DNA of 62,324 bases, counting the filler, from Choristocarpus tenellus KU-1152 (Eukaryota; Protista; Phaeophyceae): the NCBI GenBank assembly GCA_964200185.2. It is 11 parts of 11 records of this genome, joined end to end, with 100 filler letters (N's around TTAATTAATTAA, not from the genome) between each part and the next. Parts side by side here need not be neighbours in the genome. Positions count along the whole stretch, not along the records: positions 9,945 to 12,546 come from CAXNAD020026373.1; positions 12,647 to 24,610 come from CAXNAD020002046.1; positions 24,711 to 29,485 come from CAXNAD020013105.1; 8 more parts are not named here. One strand, written 5' to 3'. Below the pieces are notes generated by a model, which had not been told where the DNA came from, searched no databases, and saw only the letters and a list, made by a program, of their open reading frames with translations. Position 1 is the stretch's first letter, and each line of letters opens with the position of its first letter. This document shows, in pieces, positions 12,474 to 25,046 of the stretch. Position numbers and translations under genes: made by a program.

Positions 12474-12546
12474 GAGTGAAAGTATCTCAGAGGGTACCAT
12501 TTTTGCCCTGTTTGTCTATTTGGGGTTTGATTTCCCATGGGGCATT
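12474..12546 (-). mobile_element. MITE family A end, truncated by contig end
   Basis: GAGTGAAAGTATCTCAGAGGGTACC...TTTGCCCTGTTTGTCTATTTGGGG. Confidence 0.85.
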
Positions 12547-12767
12547 NNNNNNNNNNNNNNNNNNNNNNNNNNNNNNNNNNNNNNNNNNNNTTAATTAATT
12601 AANNNNNNNNNNNNNNNNNNNNNNNNNNNNNNNNNNNNNNNNNNNNCATTTTTTTCACGTTCAGCGAAAGGGGTTGTGTGAGGCTTCACACCTTCTTATC
12701 TTCACTACTGACAAATAGCATTACCTCCCAAGGTAATTTGCACACCACCTTCCCCTTGCCTCCGCAG

Positions 12768-14800
12768 CAATCATTGTCCGTAGACAACTTGTCCGTATTC
12801 ATCATGATCTTCAAGTACTTTGAGATCCCGCTGCAGCACCAAGGTAGAATGATGACTTGGGTAAGACTGGGTCACAAATGGACGAGAATGCACTTTGTTG
12901 AACCTTCCCTGCAGTGGTAACAATGAGTGGTACCTGCAGCTGAGGCATCTATGTTGTTGCTGTTTAAACTCCCTAACTAGCATGCTATCTTTGAAAAATG
13001 GTACTTAATGGATATTTCTTGTGGCTCCACGACCTTCAGGGTGTCAAGGTTTGTTGGTTTCGGGTTTCAAGTAAAAATGTTATCTCAAGGTTCAGTTGCT
13101 GACTTCTGTTGTTCATTTTCTTCTTGCTCAATACTGATCGCATCACATTCTGTGCCTCCTAATTGTCATTCTTTAGCAACACTGTCTCTCTGTAACGCTA
13201 CCAACTAATGCTCATTCCAGAATAAGAAACTTCATTGATAACACACCTTTGTAATATTCTTGTAAGAAAGTTACACAATAATCTTCCTCATTGCTGCAGG
13301 GTACTGTCGGTACCATTCTGATGAGGGGAGTGATGATTGCCTTTGGTGTGATCATTGTGACTAAGTTTCGGTGGATTGTTGTAATCTTTGCTGGAGTATT
13401 GCTTTTGAGCTCATTCAAGCTGCTTTACTGAGAGGGATGAGGATGAGGAAGACCTCAGTCAGAACAGACTTGTTAGGTAAGCCCTCCAATTTCAAAGTAA
13501 AAGGGTTCTGAATCTATTGCCCTACTGTTCCATCAAGTTCTATGTAATGTGAAACACAGCCTACTGTGAGTGTGATTTTTTAATTTGTTGTCTGTGAGTT
13601 CTTTCCTGAACACATGTTGAAAGAAGCAGTTGATTTCTCCTCCTCTTCCCCGAAATGAACAACAGGTTCAATACTGATTATTCTTGAACTTCACATAATG
13701 CAAGATCAGAGTTTGCACACACCTTGCAAGGATACACAAAGGTGGTTCTCGCCGTTGTGCACACCATAGTCTTGCCTTTGGGGAGGGATTCATACTCCAT
13801 CACACCAATTGTTGAGTGCGCGTAAAATCAGATTTGAACACAATTTTGCACTCCTTGAGAGCATGCATGTTTAACACTGATTGACATCAATAACCCCTGT
13901 AACTATGTACTGTCCTTGTCAGACGTTCTGCTGTAGAATTTGAGGAAACACCATGTTGTCTATGTTACCCCTCGATGTATCATACCTCTATTCTATGTAC
14001 CCTCAGCGTGTACATCTGTGTACTTGCTTCTCTTGTGTCCCCACAACACCAACCCTAGTCCACATTACATTTGTTTATGACCACCACATATTACCCAGAG
14101 CGCCAAAGTTCCTGGTTGGTGCCGTGGACCAATACGATGAGGACAATTTTTTCACAACACTTGCTGGCGGCAGCGAGAAGGTAGCCACTCCTCTGCTACT
14201 CTGCCTGGTGTGCATAGAGCTCTCTGACTTCGTGTTTGCCGTGGACTCTACCCCTGCCGTGCTTGGGGTCAGTCAGGTGAGACACAAGGCAGGAAACTGT
14301 GAGACGTAATGACACTATCACAACTCAGAAAAGATTTTCGAAATGGCACTTTAGTCGTGGTTGTAGAATTGAACCGGCTGCTGTTCTGCATCCCCAATTT
14401 AGAACAAAGAATATCTACTGTGTTTTGTGCTGGGACCGTAACCCCCATTTGCTAATTCCCTTTGGTATCATTTGGAGATAGCTTGTGTTGCATACTCTCT
14501 GTCCACTCCAACCTACAGGACCCCTTTGTCGTCTTCTCAAGCAACATTTTTGCGATCATGGCCCTTCGAAGCATCTACATCATAATTACGAGGACAACAA
14601 ATCAGTTGAATTATATCAAGCCTGCCGTTACCTTGGTCCTGGGTTTCGTGGGAGTCAAAAGGATTCTTGAGTTATTGCGCATCAACATCATCAGCACAGG
14701 GCTGAGCCTGATTGTGGCTAATCGCAGCTGGAAAGAACGGCATAAGCGCAAGGATAGCGGTGATTCTAATGTCTTTTTAGGTGGTGTTGACTTGGCTTAG
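12768..14800 (+). pseudogene. terC: TerC-family (plastid thylakoid type) membrane protein; exons 12768-12860, 13300-13476, 14099-14276, 14519-14800; apparent frameshift in exon 2; 5' partial
   Basis: QSLSVDNLSVFIMIFKYF, ATPLLLCLVCIELSDFVFAVDSTPAVLGVSQ/DPFVVFSSNIFAIMALRS. One extra base near 13425 (CTG CTT TAC TGA) breaks exon 2 before TERDEDEEDLSQN. Confidence 0.85.
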
Positions 14801-15494
14801 TGTATCCATCACTTTTTGCAACCCTCTAACAGAGAAGGTTTGAGATTTGATGCTCCGAAGTACAAGCCTATCCCTTAGTTCAGTTGTATTAGCTTCGTTG
14901 GCAATCTTTTTTGAGGAGGAGCAAGGAGGTGCTTGCCTTAGGTATCCTTGTGTGAATGTTTCATTTTTTGGCAAAAGGAAAAATGTGAAGTGAGCTGAGA
15001 TGTGTGATGTACGGTAGATGGATATCTGACTAGGTTTCTCAGAATTATGCGTAGTTTCACTGTGGTGATGTTGAAAATGGGAATATGTTCAGTTTTACCC
15101 AACGATAAGTGTTGATAGAAGCACTAGGCAGAAGCAAAAATTCGACATAGTAGTAGCATACTAAATGTAACTTGATATTTTCCTATCTCACTGAAATGAT
15201 ACTCTACTCGTGGACTGTATGTCTGGAGTGGGATTTCAGGTCAAAATCTTGATTGTTAGCCGTGGTACATTTTGTGTGTCCCCATGCCCCTATTGACTTG
15301 GACATGTTCAATATTTTAACAAGTATCACACCTGTGTTGACTTGGACCTGTTGGAATGCAAGGGTTTGTGTTTTAGTGATCGTGCATGAAAAACACATTG
15401 GTGGGGAGTGTGCATCGATATGTTTTTGATATCTAGTGGTCTAATTATTTTTCACGTTGCCTCAAACTATGTATACCATCACATCTTACCTAAT

Positions 15495-15752
15495 GAGTCA
15501 AAGTACCTTAGAGGGTAGAGCGGTGTCCATTTGTGGGTCAAAATCCAATGTTGTGATTTTGATGTGATGTTGGCTATCATGTTTGTTAGAAAGTGTCAAT
15601 ATCCTTGTTCCGGACACAACTGATTAAAAGGTATACATTTATCTACTCCGAAACATTTCGGATTAGGAAAATATCATAAAGAACCCATGAGAAGCCAAGC
15701 CCCAAATGGACAAACAGGTCAAAACTCGGTACCCTCTAAGATACTTTCACTC
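15495..15752 (+). mobile_element. MITE family A, flanked by TAAT/TAAT
   Basis: Full-length copy with both TIRs. Confidence 0.9.
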
Positions 15753-16182
15753 TAATATCAAACTTCCAACCCAACAACCCCTGCGCTTTTTTTCATACAA
15801 TCTTGACCATTGAAAGAGGTCTACAGTCCTCTAGGCACTGTATCTCTAAGATTCTCAAATGGAACAGACACCTCTACAGTTGACCAGGATGGCATTGCAA
15901 CCAACGAATTGAATTGGAAGGGCAAGCGGTGAATAAGAACCTCATACAGCAGGAATCAGCAGCTCTGCAGTTGTGCATTGAGCGTGACATGTTCCTCAAT
16001 AGAACAACTAAAGCATTGCGTTCAAGATTTGCAGTTCAAATTGTCTGCCATCCTATTGGGGCATGCACTTGACAGAGCTACTTCCAAGTATAACTTGAAA
16101 GTGAGCTGGGCTACGAATATGATTTCGGTCCGTGCAGTGTTTCCAAGGCACGAAAGAAAGATGTGTGATGCCTTCCTGCAAT

Positions 16183-16442
16183 GAGCCAAAGTATCTTAAA
16201 GGGTAGAGTCGTGTCCATTTTGCGGTCACGATCCAAGGTTGCGATTTTGATTTGATTCCGGCTATTGTTTTTGTTAGGAAGTGTCAATATCCTTGTTGCG
16301 GACACAACTTTTCATAACGTACACATTTTAACTACTCAGAAATATTTTGGAGTAGGAAAATGTCATAAAAAAACCCGTTGGAAGCCAATCCCAAAACGGA
16401 CAAACAGGGCAAAAACTCGTACCCTCTAAGATACTTTCACTC
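16183..16442 (+). mobile_element. MITE family A, TSD AAT
   Basis: GAGCCAAAGTATCTTAAAGGGTAGAG...CTCGTACCCTCTAAGATACTTTCACTC. Confidence 0.92.
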
Positions 16443-16664
16443 AATAAGTTTGAGTTTGGTAGGGGCCTGATCTCACTCAAATTTTACAGCAGGTACCATA
16501 TTATTTAGAACTAGAACACAACTTAACTAAAATACGAGTCATACGTCCTTAAACATACACAAAGCCTTTGTGGGTACCTTTCCCCATGTACCGTGTCATA
16601 TCAGGAAATGCCCAACATAACAAACAAATACACCTCTCTTCTATATTCATCACACAATGTGTCA

Positions 16665-18401
16665 TCAGTGTGTCCTACTTGTAGTTGTATCTCCCTGTGT
16701 TGAACCTTCTCTGTCAGAGCCTGTTGCCCCCGCCATTGTCTTTTTCATCTCCTTACTCCTTCGCTTCAGTTCGGCACTCAATGTTGCATTATCCTCCCTT
16801 CCTTCATCCCTGTACAACCACGTATGAGTTTGCACCCATGCTAGAGATGGTCTGGAGTGTTGATCAACAGTGAAGATGTCTGACAGGAGATCCATTGCAC
16901 AGTGTGGAATGCTTGGCGAAGTCCGTCAATGTGCAGCCCACAAGGCATCTGTGCCCTCGTGAATCAGAACTGAGTACCAGCAGTCACTGGGTGAGGCTGC
17001 TGGCCATGGGGGGTGGCCGATAAGGGCAATAAAAAGAATGACACCAGCTTCCCAGACGTCCACCCTGAACCCATTGTGTGCCTTCCCTGCCAAGATCTCT
17101 GGTGGGGCAAGGACCATGTTCCGCAGGAGCCACGAATCAGGGTAGGTGATTGACCGCCTGGAATTTGCACAGCATGCCTAGTCGGCGAATGGAGAAGGAT
17201 TTTCACAGAGACTCAGATATTTTGTACATAAGAGGTGTGTCTGATTGGAATGAAGAGCATAATTTAATACCTCAACATCGACAGTATGCAAGAGAGAGCT
17301 ATTCTAATAAAGTCTCTCATTATGTGGTATGTATGACTTTATTAGCGGAGTGAGCACTACCCTAGAGATGGGGGGGTGCTCCCCCTTACTATCTAATGCG
17401 TACGTCAGCAAACACGTCAGATATATGCCTGTGTCAGTTACACTACGTCAGCCACTCATATTAAACAGAAAAAAGAATGTGATCCACCGAGACTCCAATC
17501 TATTACTCTAGGAATGCAGAAACAAGATCGTGACACCTACTTCACTCTATCAATACTTCTGTTATGTTAAACTGGTTACTAAACACATAAAACCCTATAG
17601 ACTATCTCGCCTATATTGCACAGACAGGATATGTAGGGAAGGCAATTTGTAAGGCAATTTATGAGGCAAATTTGTCGAGGCTTATCAAGTGGCCTGATTT
17701 GAACACCACTGAAAACCTTTGTTAACGAAGAAAATATTTGATATAAAAAAAAACATGAAGAGCTCTTTAAGCACAAAACCAAGGGCAATGCAGCAACGAA
17801 TGCCGTACCAGGAATTTGGAGGATCACACTCCAAGAATTTCCAAGAAAATCCCAACACAATATCCCAAATAGACAACGCTCTCACCCCAAATCTCCAAGT
17901 TTGAGGTTGAAGTTGTTGTCCACCATAATGTTCAGTGAGGGACACGTCACGGTGACAGATGCTGGCCTTATGGCAAGCATCGAGAGCGTTGAGAAATTGG
18001 CGAAATACAGCGCGAGCCGCAGCAACAGGCAAAGCTCCACCAGTAGCAATAGACGTGAACAATTCCCCGTTGCTCGCTAGTTCGAAGGCAAGGACGGGCA
18101 CCCGCTGTACCTTTTGTTGGCTGCCCTGGATGAGTTGGGCAGCCTTACTCGCACCACGAAGGCCGATTACAGAGGTGTGGTTGATGCGAGACAAGCAGCG
18201 CGACTCACCCTCTAGCCTATCGAGCGCCACCAAACCGGGAAGCTTTGAAAACACCTTCATTGCCACCTCTTCACCCGATGCTTGATCTCTCGCACGCCGA
18301 ACAGAGGCAGTTGCACCCTTGCCCATGAGAGATCCCAGAACGAAGGACCTGTTATCAAAACTCACGAGATGTTGCGTACCCATGGTCTCAAGAATTGACA
18401 T
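16665..18401 (-). pseudogene. Ser/Thr protein kinase (CAMK/SNF1-like) pseudogene, two exons (about 18401-17886 and 17177-16665)
   Basis: MGKGATASV, VAMKVF, HRDV then a frameshift to NIMVDNNFNLKLGDLG; GSCGT then a frameshift to APPE, VDVWEAGVILF; in-frame TGA after ALWAAH. Confidence 0.9.
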
Positions 18402-19306
18402 GGCGATGGATCAAGAAAGTCCGGAAGTGGAGAAGAGTACTCTACAACAACTGCAGTTCCCTAGTCACACGAATGAACTGTTTGAAGTTAAGGTGCAAGT
18501 TGCATGATGTGGAGTAGAGTGTTGATGAGCAGTGAACACACTCTTACGAAGGAAGTGTTGATGCAGACAACATTGGGAACCGGGAAGAAGACCACTCCGG
18601 AGAAATTCCTATGTTCGAACACTTCGATATGGTCCATGTGGACTAATGCGCAGAAGATTGTCGCCAACGTGTACATCTCCCTCTGACTGACGTAAGTACG
18701 ACGTTAGATGTTGCTTGAGTTCCCTGCTGTATTGCACTTCAGTTTCGTAGGTTATACACCTGAAATCCATAATCACAAAGCTCAATCGGGAGCATCTAAA
18801 CATACACAAATCCAACATTTTTCTTTCTTCCCAGCCTTGTTCCTGGAGGAACGTTGCACTCTGGGGAGCAGGAGACGGACTACCTGCAGAAGCTGTGCGA
18901 CCGGTTGTGGGAGGAACAGGAGAAATCGAGGATTACTGGGAGTACCATCGACCTTATTGGGGAAGGGGAGGACGAAGGTGAACCTCCAGAGGCGACTTAG
19001 GCTAGAAAGTGGGGGGGGGGGTCTGATTCAGGAGTTCCCACCTCCAGTCCTGCCAGCGCCACCCCAGAAAGGCCCAGCGACGAACTACCCTCTCCTGGAT
19101 CAGGGGGAAGACCTTTGCCCCAGGTCTCCCCTAATCCCCCCCCTCCAAAAGAATGCCAGATGATTGGGTTCCTCCATACCTTCTCCTGTTTGCAGTATAT
19201 GGGCCCCCATCCATTGATGTGCTCCAAGACTTTAACATGAGTATGAGTGAGGGACCACCACAAAAAGGGTCCCCATCCTCATGTGACTTCAGCAACAATG
19301 GGGGGT

Positions 19307-19451
19307 GGCTCAAAGTATCTGGGAGGAGGTGGCGGCTGTCCTTTTGGGGTCAATTTTTTTATGTCGCGATTTTTGNNNNNNNNNNTTCCTGATTTTGGTC
19401 CAAATGGACACCCTGGTCTAGACCCCCCCCCCCTCCCAGATACTTTGGGTC
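19307..19451 (-). mobile_element. MITE family B, TSD GGT (10-N internal gap)
   Basis: GGT|GGCTCAAAGTATCTGGG...CCCAGATACTTTGGGTC|GGT. Confidence 0.9.
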
Positions 19452-19561
19452 GGTCGGTGGAGTCCTCTTCAATGGAGGGTGTGGAGGCAACGAGGAGGTT
19501 CAGGCTAGCAGCAAACCCAGGATCGAGGAGCTGATAGCAGATACGGAGGGCTGCTGAGGAG

Positions 19562-19799
19562 TAGCCAAAGTATCTTAGAGGGTAGATCGGCGTCCATTTG
19601 TTGTCCAAGATTTAATTTTGCAATTTTTATGTAATTTTTGCTATCGTGTTTGTTAGGAAGTGTCAGTATCTTTGTTCTGGACGCACCTTTTCATAACGTA
19701 TTCATTTTGCTTACTCTGAAACATTTTGGAGTAGGAAAATGTTGTAAAAAAATCTCATGGGAAGTCAAGCCCCAAATGGACAAACAGGGCGAAATTCGT
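19562..19799 (+). mobile_element. MITE family A lacking right TIR
   Basis: Match stops at ACAGGGCGAAATTCGT. Confidence 0.85.
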
Positions 19800-20906
19800 G
19801 GACTTGAAGTTGGAAGCAGAGTCAGGGGGAAAAAGTAGGATGGATGACCACATTATTTGTGCCCTCGAATCCACATGGGATGATGCAGCTAGAGAGATGA
19901 GGAGACACATAGACATCATGGAAGAAAAGGCTACAGCTACGGAAGATAGGCGCAAATTTGATGGAATGCTCAAGACCGCTAAGAAAGCCTGAAGGACGTT
20001 TGAGAAGAGTGGTGGTGATACTGTTCGGTCTGTTCGGTCGGGCAGAGTTCTGTAGGAAACGGTTTGAGGAACTGGTAGCAGTGAAGCTGGACGAGAATAT
20101 CGGTGATGCTGGGATGGTGGTGGGAAGTGGTGGGACAGTGGTGAGGGGGACTCACGGGATTTGGAGCCAGATAGTGGCGAAAGGGGGGATGACTTAGGGA
20201 ATCAGTTGTGTGACAACACAGCTGTCAGTATAGTGCTCAGTGGTCTTTTACAGCAGTGCCATGCACGTAGTTGTTCCATCATCACACTGGACGGCGTAGG
20301 CAAATCTTTGTTTAACCTTGTGGTAATTTGTTATTAATGGAATTTATTTTTGTGTAATGTGTTTCAACAAACGCTACTCTCGCGGGATCGAATCTCGCCG
20401 AGGTCACATCCGTCAAAAGGCTAAATACGCCGCCAGGATACACATCTGTCAAAAGGCCTCTTATCTTGAGCTTCTGATGCATAACCAAACAAAGCTGTCA
20501 ACCCTGACCTTGTATCATGTCCTTGTGCAAAGGTTAAAGTAAGGATGGCGATCCCAGCGGTCTTCAGAAGGTTGGTTAGGGTATAATATTATCCACTACT
20601 CAAAACGAAGTGATCTGCTCTTGTCCATGAGGACAATCTTTACCTAAATACATTGTCAACAACCAGTGGCAATTAATTCTTCCTTTTGACTGTTGACTCT
20701 CAATCACTCTCTAAATTGTACTGGCAAATCACTCTTTGTCCTTTATTACGTCTTCCTACCTCTGCTTGTATGTACTTTACAAAAGTAAAATACCAATTGT
20801 ACAGTTCACTATCACATAACGTGTCAATAGCACACAATGCAAAACACCATTTGACAAGCAAGATCCCATCATCAGGACCTCATCGAAACAACCTCTTTGT
20901 TGTCTT

Positions 20907-21165
20907 GAGCCAAAGTATCTTAGAGGGTAGAGCCGCGTCCATTTGGGGGTCAAAATCCAATGTTGTGATTTCGATGTAATTTTGGCTATCGTGCTTGTTA
21001 GGAAGTGTCAATATCCTTGTTCCGGACACACCTTTTCATAACGTATATATTTTACCTACGCCGAAATCATTTCGGAGTGGGAAAAAGTCATAAAAACCCC
21101 GAAGGAAATCAAGCCCCAAGTGGACAAACAGAGCAAAACTCGTACCCTCTAAGAGACTTTCACTC
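20907..21165 (+). mobile_element. MITE family A, TSD CTT
   Basis: CTT|GAGCCAAAGTATC...ACTTTCACTC|CTT. Confidence 0.92.
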
Positions 21166-21318
21166 CTTCCTTGTACTTTTAGTGTGCTAGGAGTCTATTC
21201 CTAAGCTCATCAAATCCCATTTGCCCCTCCACATACTGTTCAGATCCCCCTCCCCCCCGGTCCCTTGGCATGCCCATCTGTGTGAAATCAGTGTAAGGGT
21301 CACTGTAGAAAGCAGCAT

Positions 21319-22618
21319 TCAGACCAGCATCCCCTGTTCAATCAGTGCCCTCCAACTCTCCAAGGCCATCATATGAATGAAGCATATTTTGCAATATGCA
21401 GCAAGTGAAGAATATGTTTTCTTCTTGTGCGAATATAGTAGTGCCAGCTTGAGGATTCTGAAGCGGCCCTTGACTCTGCCAAAAAAGCACTCGACATCCT
21501 TGCATACCCTCTCCACTGGTTCGCTCCACCTTGCCTGTGCCTGCATGACAGATGCCCTCAGGGGGCATAGTGTGCACGTCCACTGCAAATGCAAAGATCG
21601 GGTTGGGCGAAGTACTGTTGACTTGTTAGTTTGATGAGCACTCATTTTTACAGGAGCTAACCCTAACATAGGCATGGCCGTACAGTCACGTTTTCCCTGT
21701 CACCTTGTGGTAGCCCCCATCGACAAGGAATATATACCTTTTTTGGTGTAGCAGTTCCCGATGGAGTTCTTGACGTTGAACTCCAGCTGTCTGTATGTGG
21801 GGTAATTCCTGAGTTTCGGGATAAAACTATCATATCGAATGATTGTCTTATTGTTGTTGACTCCAGGAAACCCAGCAAACACTCCCCCTGCAAATCCAGT
21901 ATAGTCAACGGTCACTTCATAGGCGACCGTCGCGTAACCTTCCTTACCAATGTAGTACGGGGCATCACAAGTGGGCGCTCTCTCCCACCGCAAAGATGTC
22001 AAATCAGTGGAACCCACAGCACCAGGAAGCCCCACAGCTCCATACTTGCGCATGACCTCCCCCAAATCTTCGCCCTCTGGTAGATAAATTCAACTCGAGT
22101 ACGTATCACGCGCAAAACACTCACAGAAGCGGTGAAACGTGGTTTGTGCTGTTCTCTCAGATATACCGGAACGTTGCTCGATATCACCAAAGCAGGTTCC
22201 CCTGATGAGGATTTGGAGGACCGATAGCAGGTGCAGGCCGCAAGTCACATCCAGTACTGTCAGACCAAAGGATGGTTAAATCTACGAGCCCTATCGAAGT
22301 AGCCCTTTCACACACAAACTCTACTGACCGGTATGCTCACCTTCAGCTTCACGGGTATGCCAGGGCGTCCGGTGGCATCTGTGGTTCGACAACCAAGCCA
22401 CCCGTGCCTTTGTACCTCCTTTACTATATCTTCAAAGAAACAAACAGGACTCGGAATGTCCTCCTGAACTTGAGCGCCTCCCGCGAAGTGACATCTATCA
22501 TATCTTCCTCTCTCCCCAGCATGACTCTTACAGGCGAATAGCGCGAGCGTTTCTTCTTGTATTTCAACGAAGTGCAAGCATTCGTTATACGCAAATAGCA
22601 CGAGCATTTTATCCTCAT
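21319..22618 (-). mobile_element. PIF/Harbinger-type DDE transposase pseudogene (Plant_tran/DDE_Tnp_4-like) with introns, frameshifts and stops
   Basis: FRRTFRV, DATGRPGIPVKLK|GT, LQILIRGTCFGDI, GLPGAVGSTD...YIGKEGYATVAYEVTVD, FPGVNNNKTIIRYD, KDVECFFGRVKGRFRILK, FFTCCILQNML. Confidence 0.88.
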
Positions 22619-24272
22619 GTTTCAGGATAGACGAACATTTGTGACAGACGTATAGTGTGAAGATTGTTTCTCGCGTTCTAACAAGTACGAACTGTATACG
22701 ATATTATTAACACATAGGTAGCCTTACTAGATAAATTATTATTTTGAGATGATGCAAAGTAAGATTCGGAATACCTACGAAACATTACAGAGGAAAATGT
22801 CAAAGTCACAAAGAAGTTGAAGAATAAGGGCATATGATTGAAGTACCTATAGAGTAGTTGCTAAAAGAACAACGAAATTGGGTGGATGATGAAAATAATA
22901 AGAGAGCTTCTTAGTGGTAACACACTTTCTACCTCGCTTATGCCCCAGTCTATTATCTTTGAACGAAACATTGAGTCAAGCTTTGAGCAAAGCACTGAGT
23001 GGAGTATCGAGAGAAAGGCTATCTGAGACCCTACAACCCGTTGTAAAAGGCAACGCCCCCATAGCGTCGTTTTGAGGTCGTTGGATTTGAGTTGTACATC
23101 CTGGAAGGTGAGCATTGAGGGGCGCCTGTAACACAACCCCCCACGAGCTCACCATATATACTGGGGATTAAAAGGGAAAAGTTAATGGTTCGGGGGAGGA
23201 GTAGTGTACCTGCGCTAATCTCGTGGAGAAAGTGCAATTTTAGATATCGCTCGAACAATAGGGCCGGGACTGATGCTAGGTTTATACCGATCGGTGGGAT
23301 CGCGTGGATTTGTTTTCTGTTGCTTACATTGTTCAACCTAAATCAATAGAGAAAAAGAAAATCAAATGCGTGGGCTCACTGTAGGATGATGTAGAGGGGC
23401 CGATTTCGTTTAAGGGTAACGCGTGGAAGTTACGAGCTTAGTAATGGACGTTTACTAAGCACAGGCACCATGTGAATCAGTGGTTATGTCATTGTGAGTA
23501 GCCATAGAATTTATGGGTTATAGCTACAAACTGGGAAATAACGTGGCATAGAAAACAAAACAAATAAGAGAACCTACATAGGTATTCCAGATTACCGAAG
23601 GAGGCCACAGGGTAGGTGGAGATTCTAGGTTGAGTCACAGCTATGAAATTAAGTGCAGATAATGGCAGAGTCCCGGATGGACATGCAGTAGGTGAGAAAT
23701 TTAGGTGGGGTGAATGTCTCGAAAGTAAGAACTGGGGATTGGCAGTAGATGTATGTTAAAAGAAATATATATATATGAGATGCAATAGGTGGAAGAAAAA
23801 TGGACTGGACGAGAACATAACAGAAATATGCGAATAAAGGGTACAAAAATATAAACAGGGGGTAGGGAAATGAATAACTAGACCTACAACACCCTGTGTA
23901 CAAATATGGGTTAATAGTGTGAAGAAAAGGCTACTGTTAAAGATGGGAGGTTACATCTAAGAAAGAAACAAGGGGGGTATGGCCGTAAAAGTTTTTGTAG
24001 GCATCTTTCTTCCTTTTTTTTTACAATTAGGAACAAGTCGCCACAGTGAAAGAACGTGATAAACAAAAGGATAGTGCCCAACAGTAGGATAATCACTGCA
24101 AGCCAATAAAAAAGGCCGGGGGGGAAGGGGGGGGAGATTCAGGTCACAGTAGTGGGTGAACTATACACAATGGTAAGGCATGAACGTCTACACGATTTGA
24201 GGTGCACAAGGAGTTGGAAGGGAGGTGCTCAGATTAAGAGGAACATATAGGAATAATAGGCTACAATCCCCT

Positions 24273-24275
<3 letters not shown>

Positions 24276-24306
<31 letters not shown>
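24276..24306. repeat. (TA)n microsatellite
   Basis: Uninterrupted TA run. Similar simple repeats near 4100 (TA), 5150 (CA), 41220 and 51320 (TA). Confidence 0.9.
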
Positions 24307-24307
<1 letters not shown>

Positions 24308-24505
24308 TTGTAATGATTGACATAGAAGTGTCTAAGGAGATGTAATTTGTTCAGGTGAGCCCTGAACCATCTCAAAAATAAATATATACACACTTTGCTA
24401 ATCCTAAATACATAACGCAACTATGAAGATATCACGCCCAAGTCAACTCACAAGCAGCTGCGATGGAGCCAGGACAATAATGTACAATACACGTTTTAGT
24501 CCTTA

Positions 24506-24610
24506 GGGTCAAAGCATCTGGGGGGGGAGGGGGGTGGTTTGTGAGGGGGCGTCCGTTTCGGTCAAACAACCTTTTTTTCTGCTGACATGTGACATCCGAC
24601 ACGTGCGACC
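24506..24610 (+). mobile_element. Diverged MITE-B-like left part, truncated by contig end
   Basis: GGGTCAAAGCATCTGGGGGGG...GTCCGTTTCGGTCAAA...CATCCGAC. Confidence 0.65.
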
Positions 24611-25046
24611 NNNNNNNNNNNNNNNNNNNNNNNNNNNNNNNNNNNNNNNNNNNNTTAATTAATTAANNNNNNNNNNNNNNNNNNNNNNNNNNNNNNNNNN
24701 NNNNNNNNNNGGTACGCGGCGATGGGCTTCTAGGTCGTCGGCGGGGGGGGCGGGGGGCCGGGCGCGGGGCGCAGCTTGCCGCCCCCCCCCCCCCCCCCCC
24801 CCATAGGCGTATCAAAATGGTGTGTGATCGTGGGTGGAACTGGGTGTGGGATGATATTACAAGGGGTAGAAGGCAACTGAGATCCGCTGAGGCAGCAGAT
24901 GGTAGATCAATCAGCAGTACTCTTCAGCGCGATGGCTTATTGCAGACTAGCCTGCACAACATAACAAAATGGGTACGATAAGCACAACGATCCACAACTG
25001 GAGGTTTAGAGGAAAAAAACTTAAGGATAGTAGACTAGAAACTCAC

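Larger units (their letters stand above)
18840..19992 (+). pseudogene. Decayed ORF, possibly the accessory (ORF1) gene of the neighbouring Harbinger-type element; interrupted by MITE-B and MITE-A
   Basis: Coding-like fragments MPDDWVPPYLLLFAVYGPP and ESTWDDAAREMRRHIDIMEEKA...RRKFDGML, convergent with the transposase. Family assignment is inference only. Confidence 0.25.

Noticed and set aside
22861-24420. Short ORFs in AT-rich DNA upstream of the Harbinger transposase
   Set aside because: Low-complexity, microsatellite-containing translations with no family motifs.
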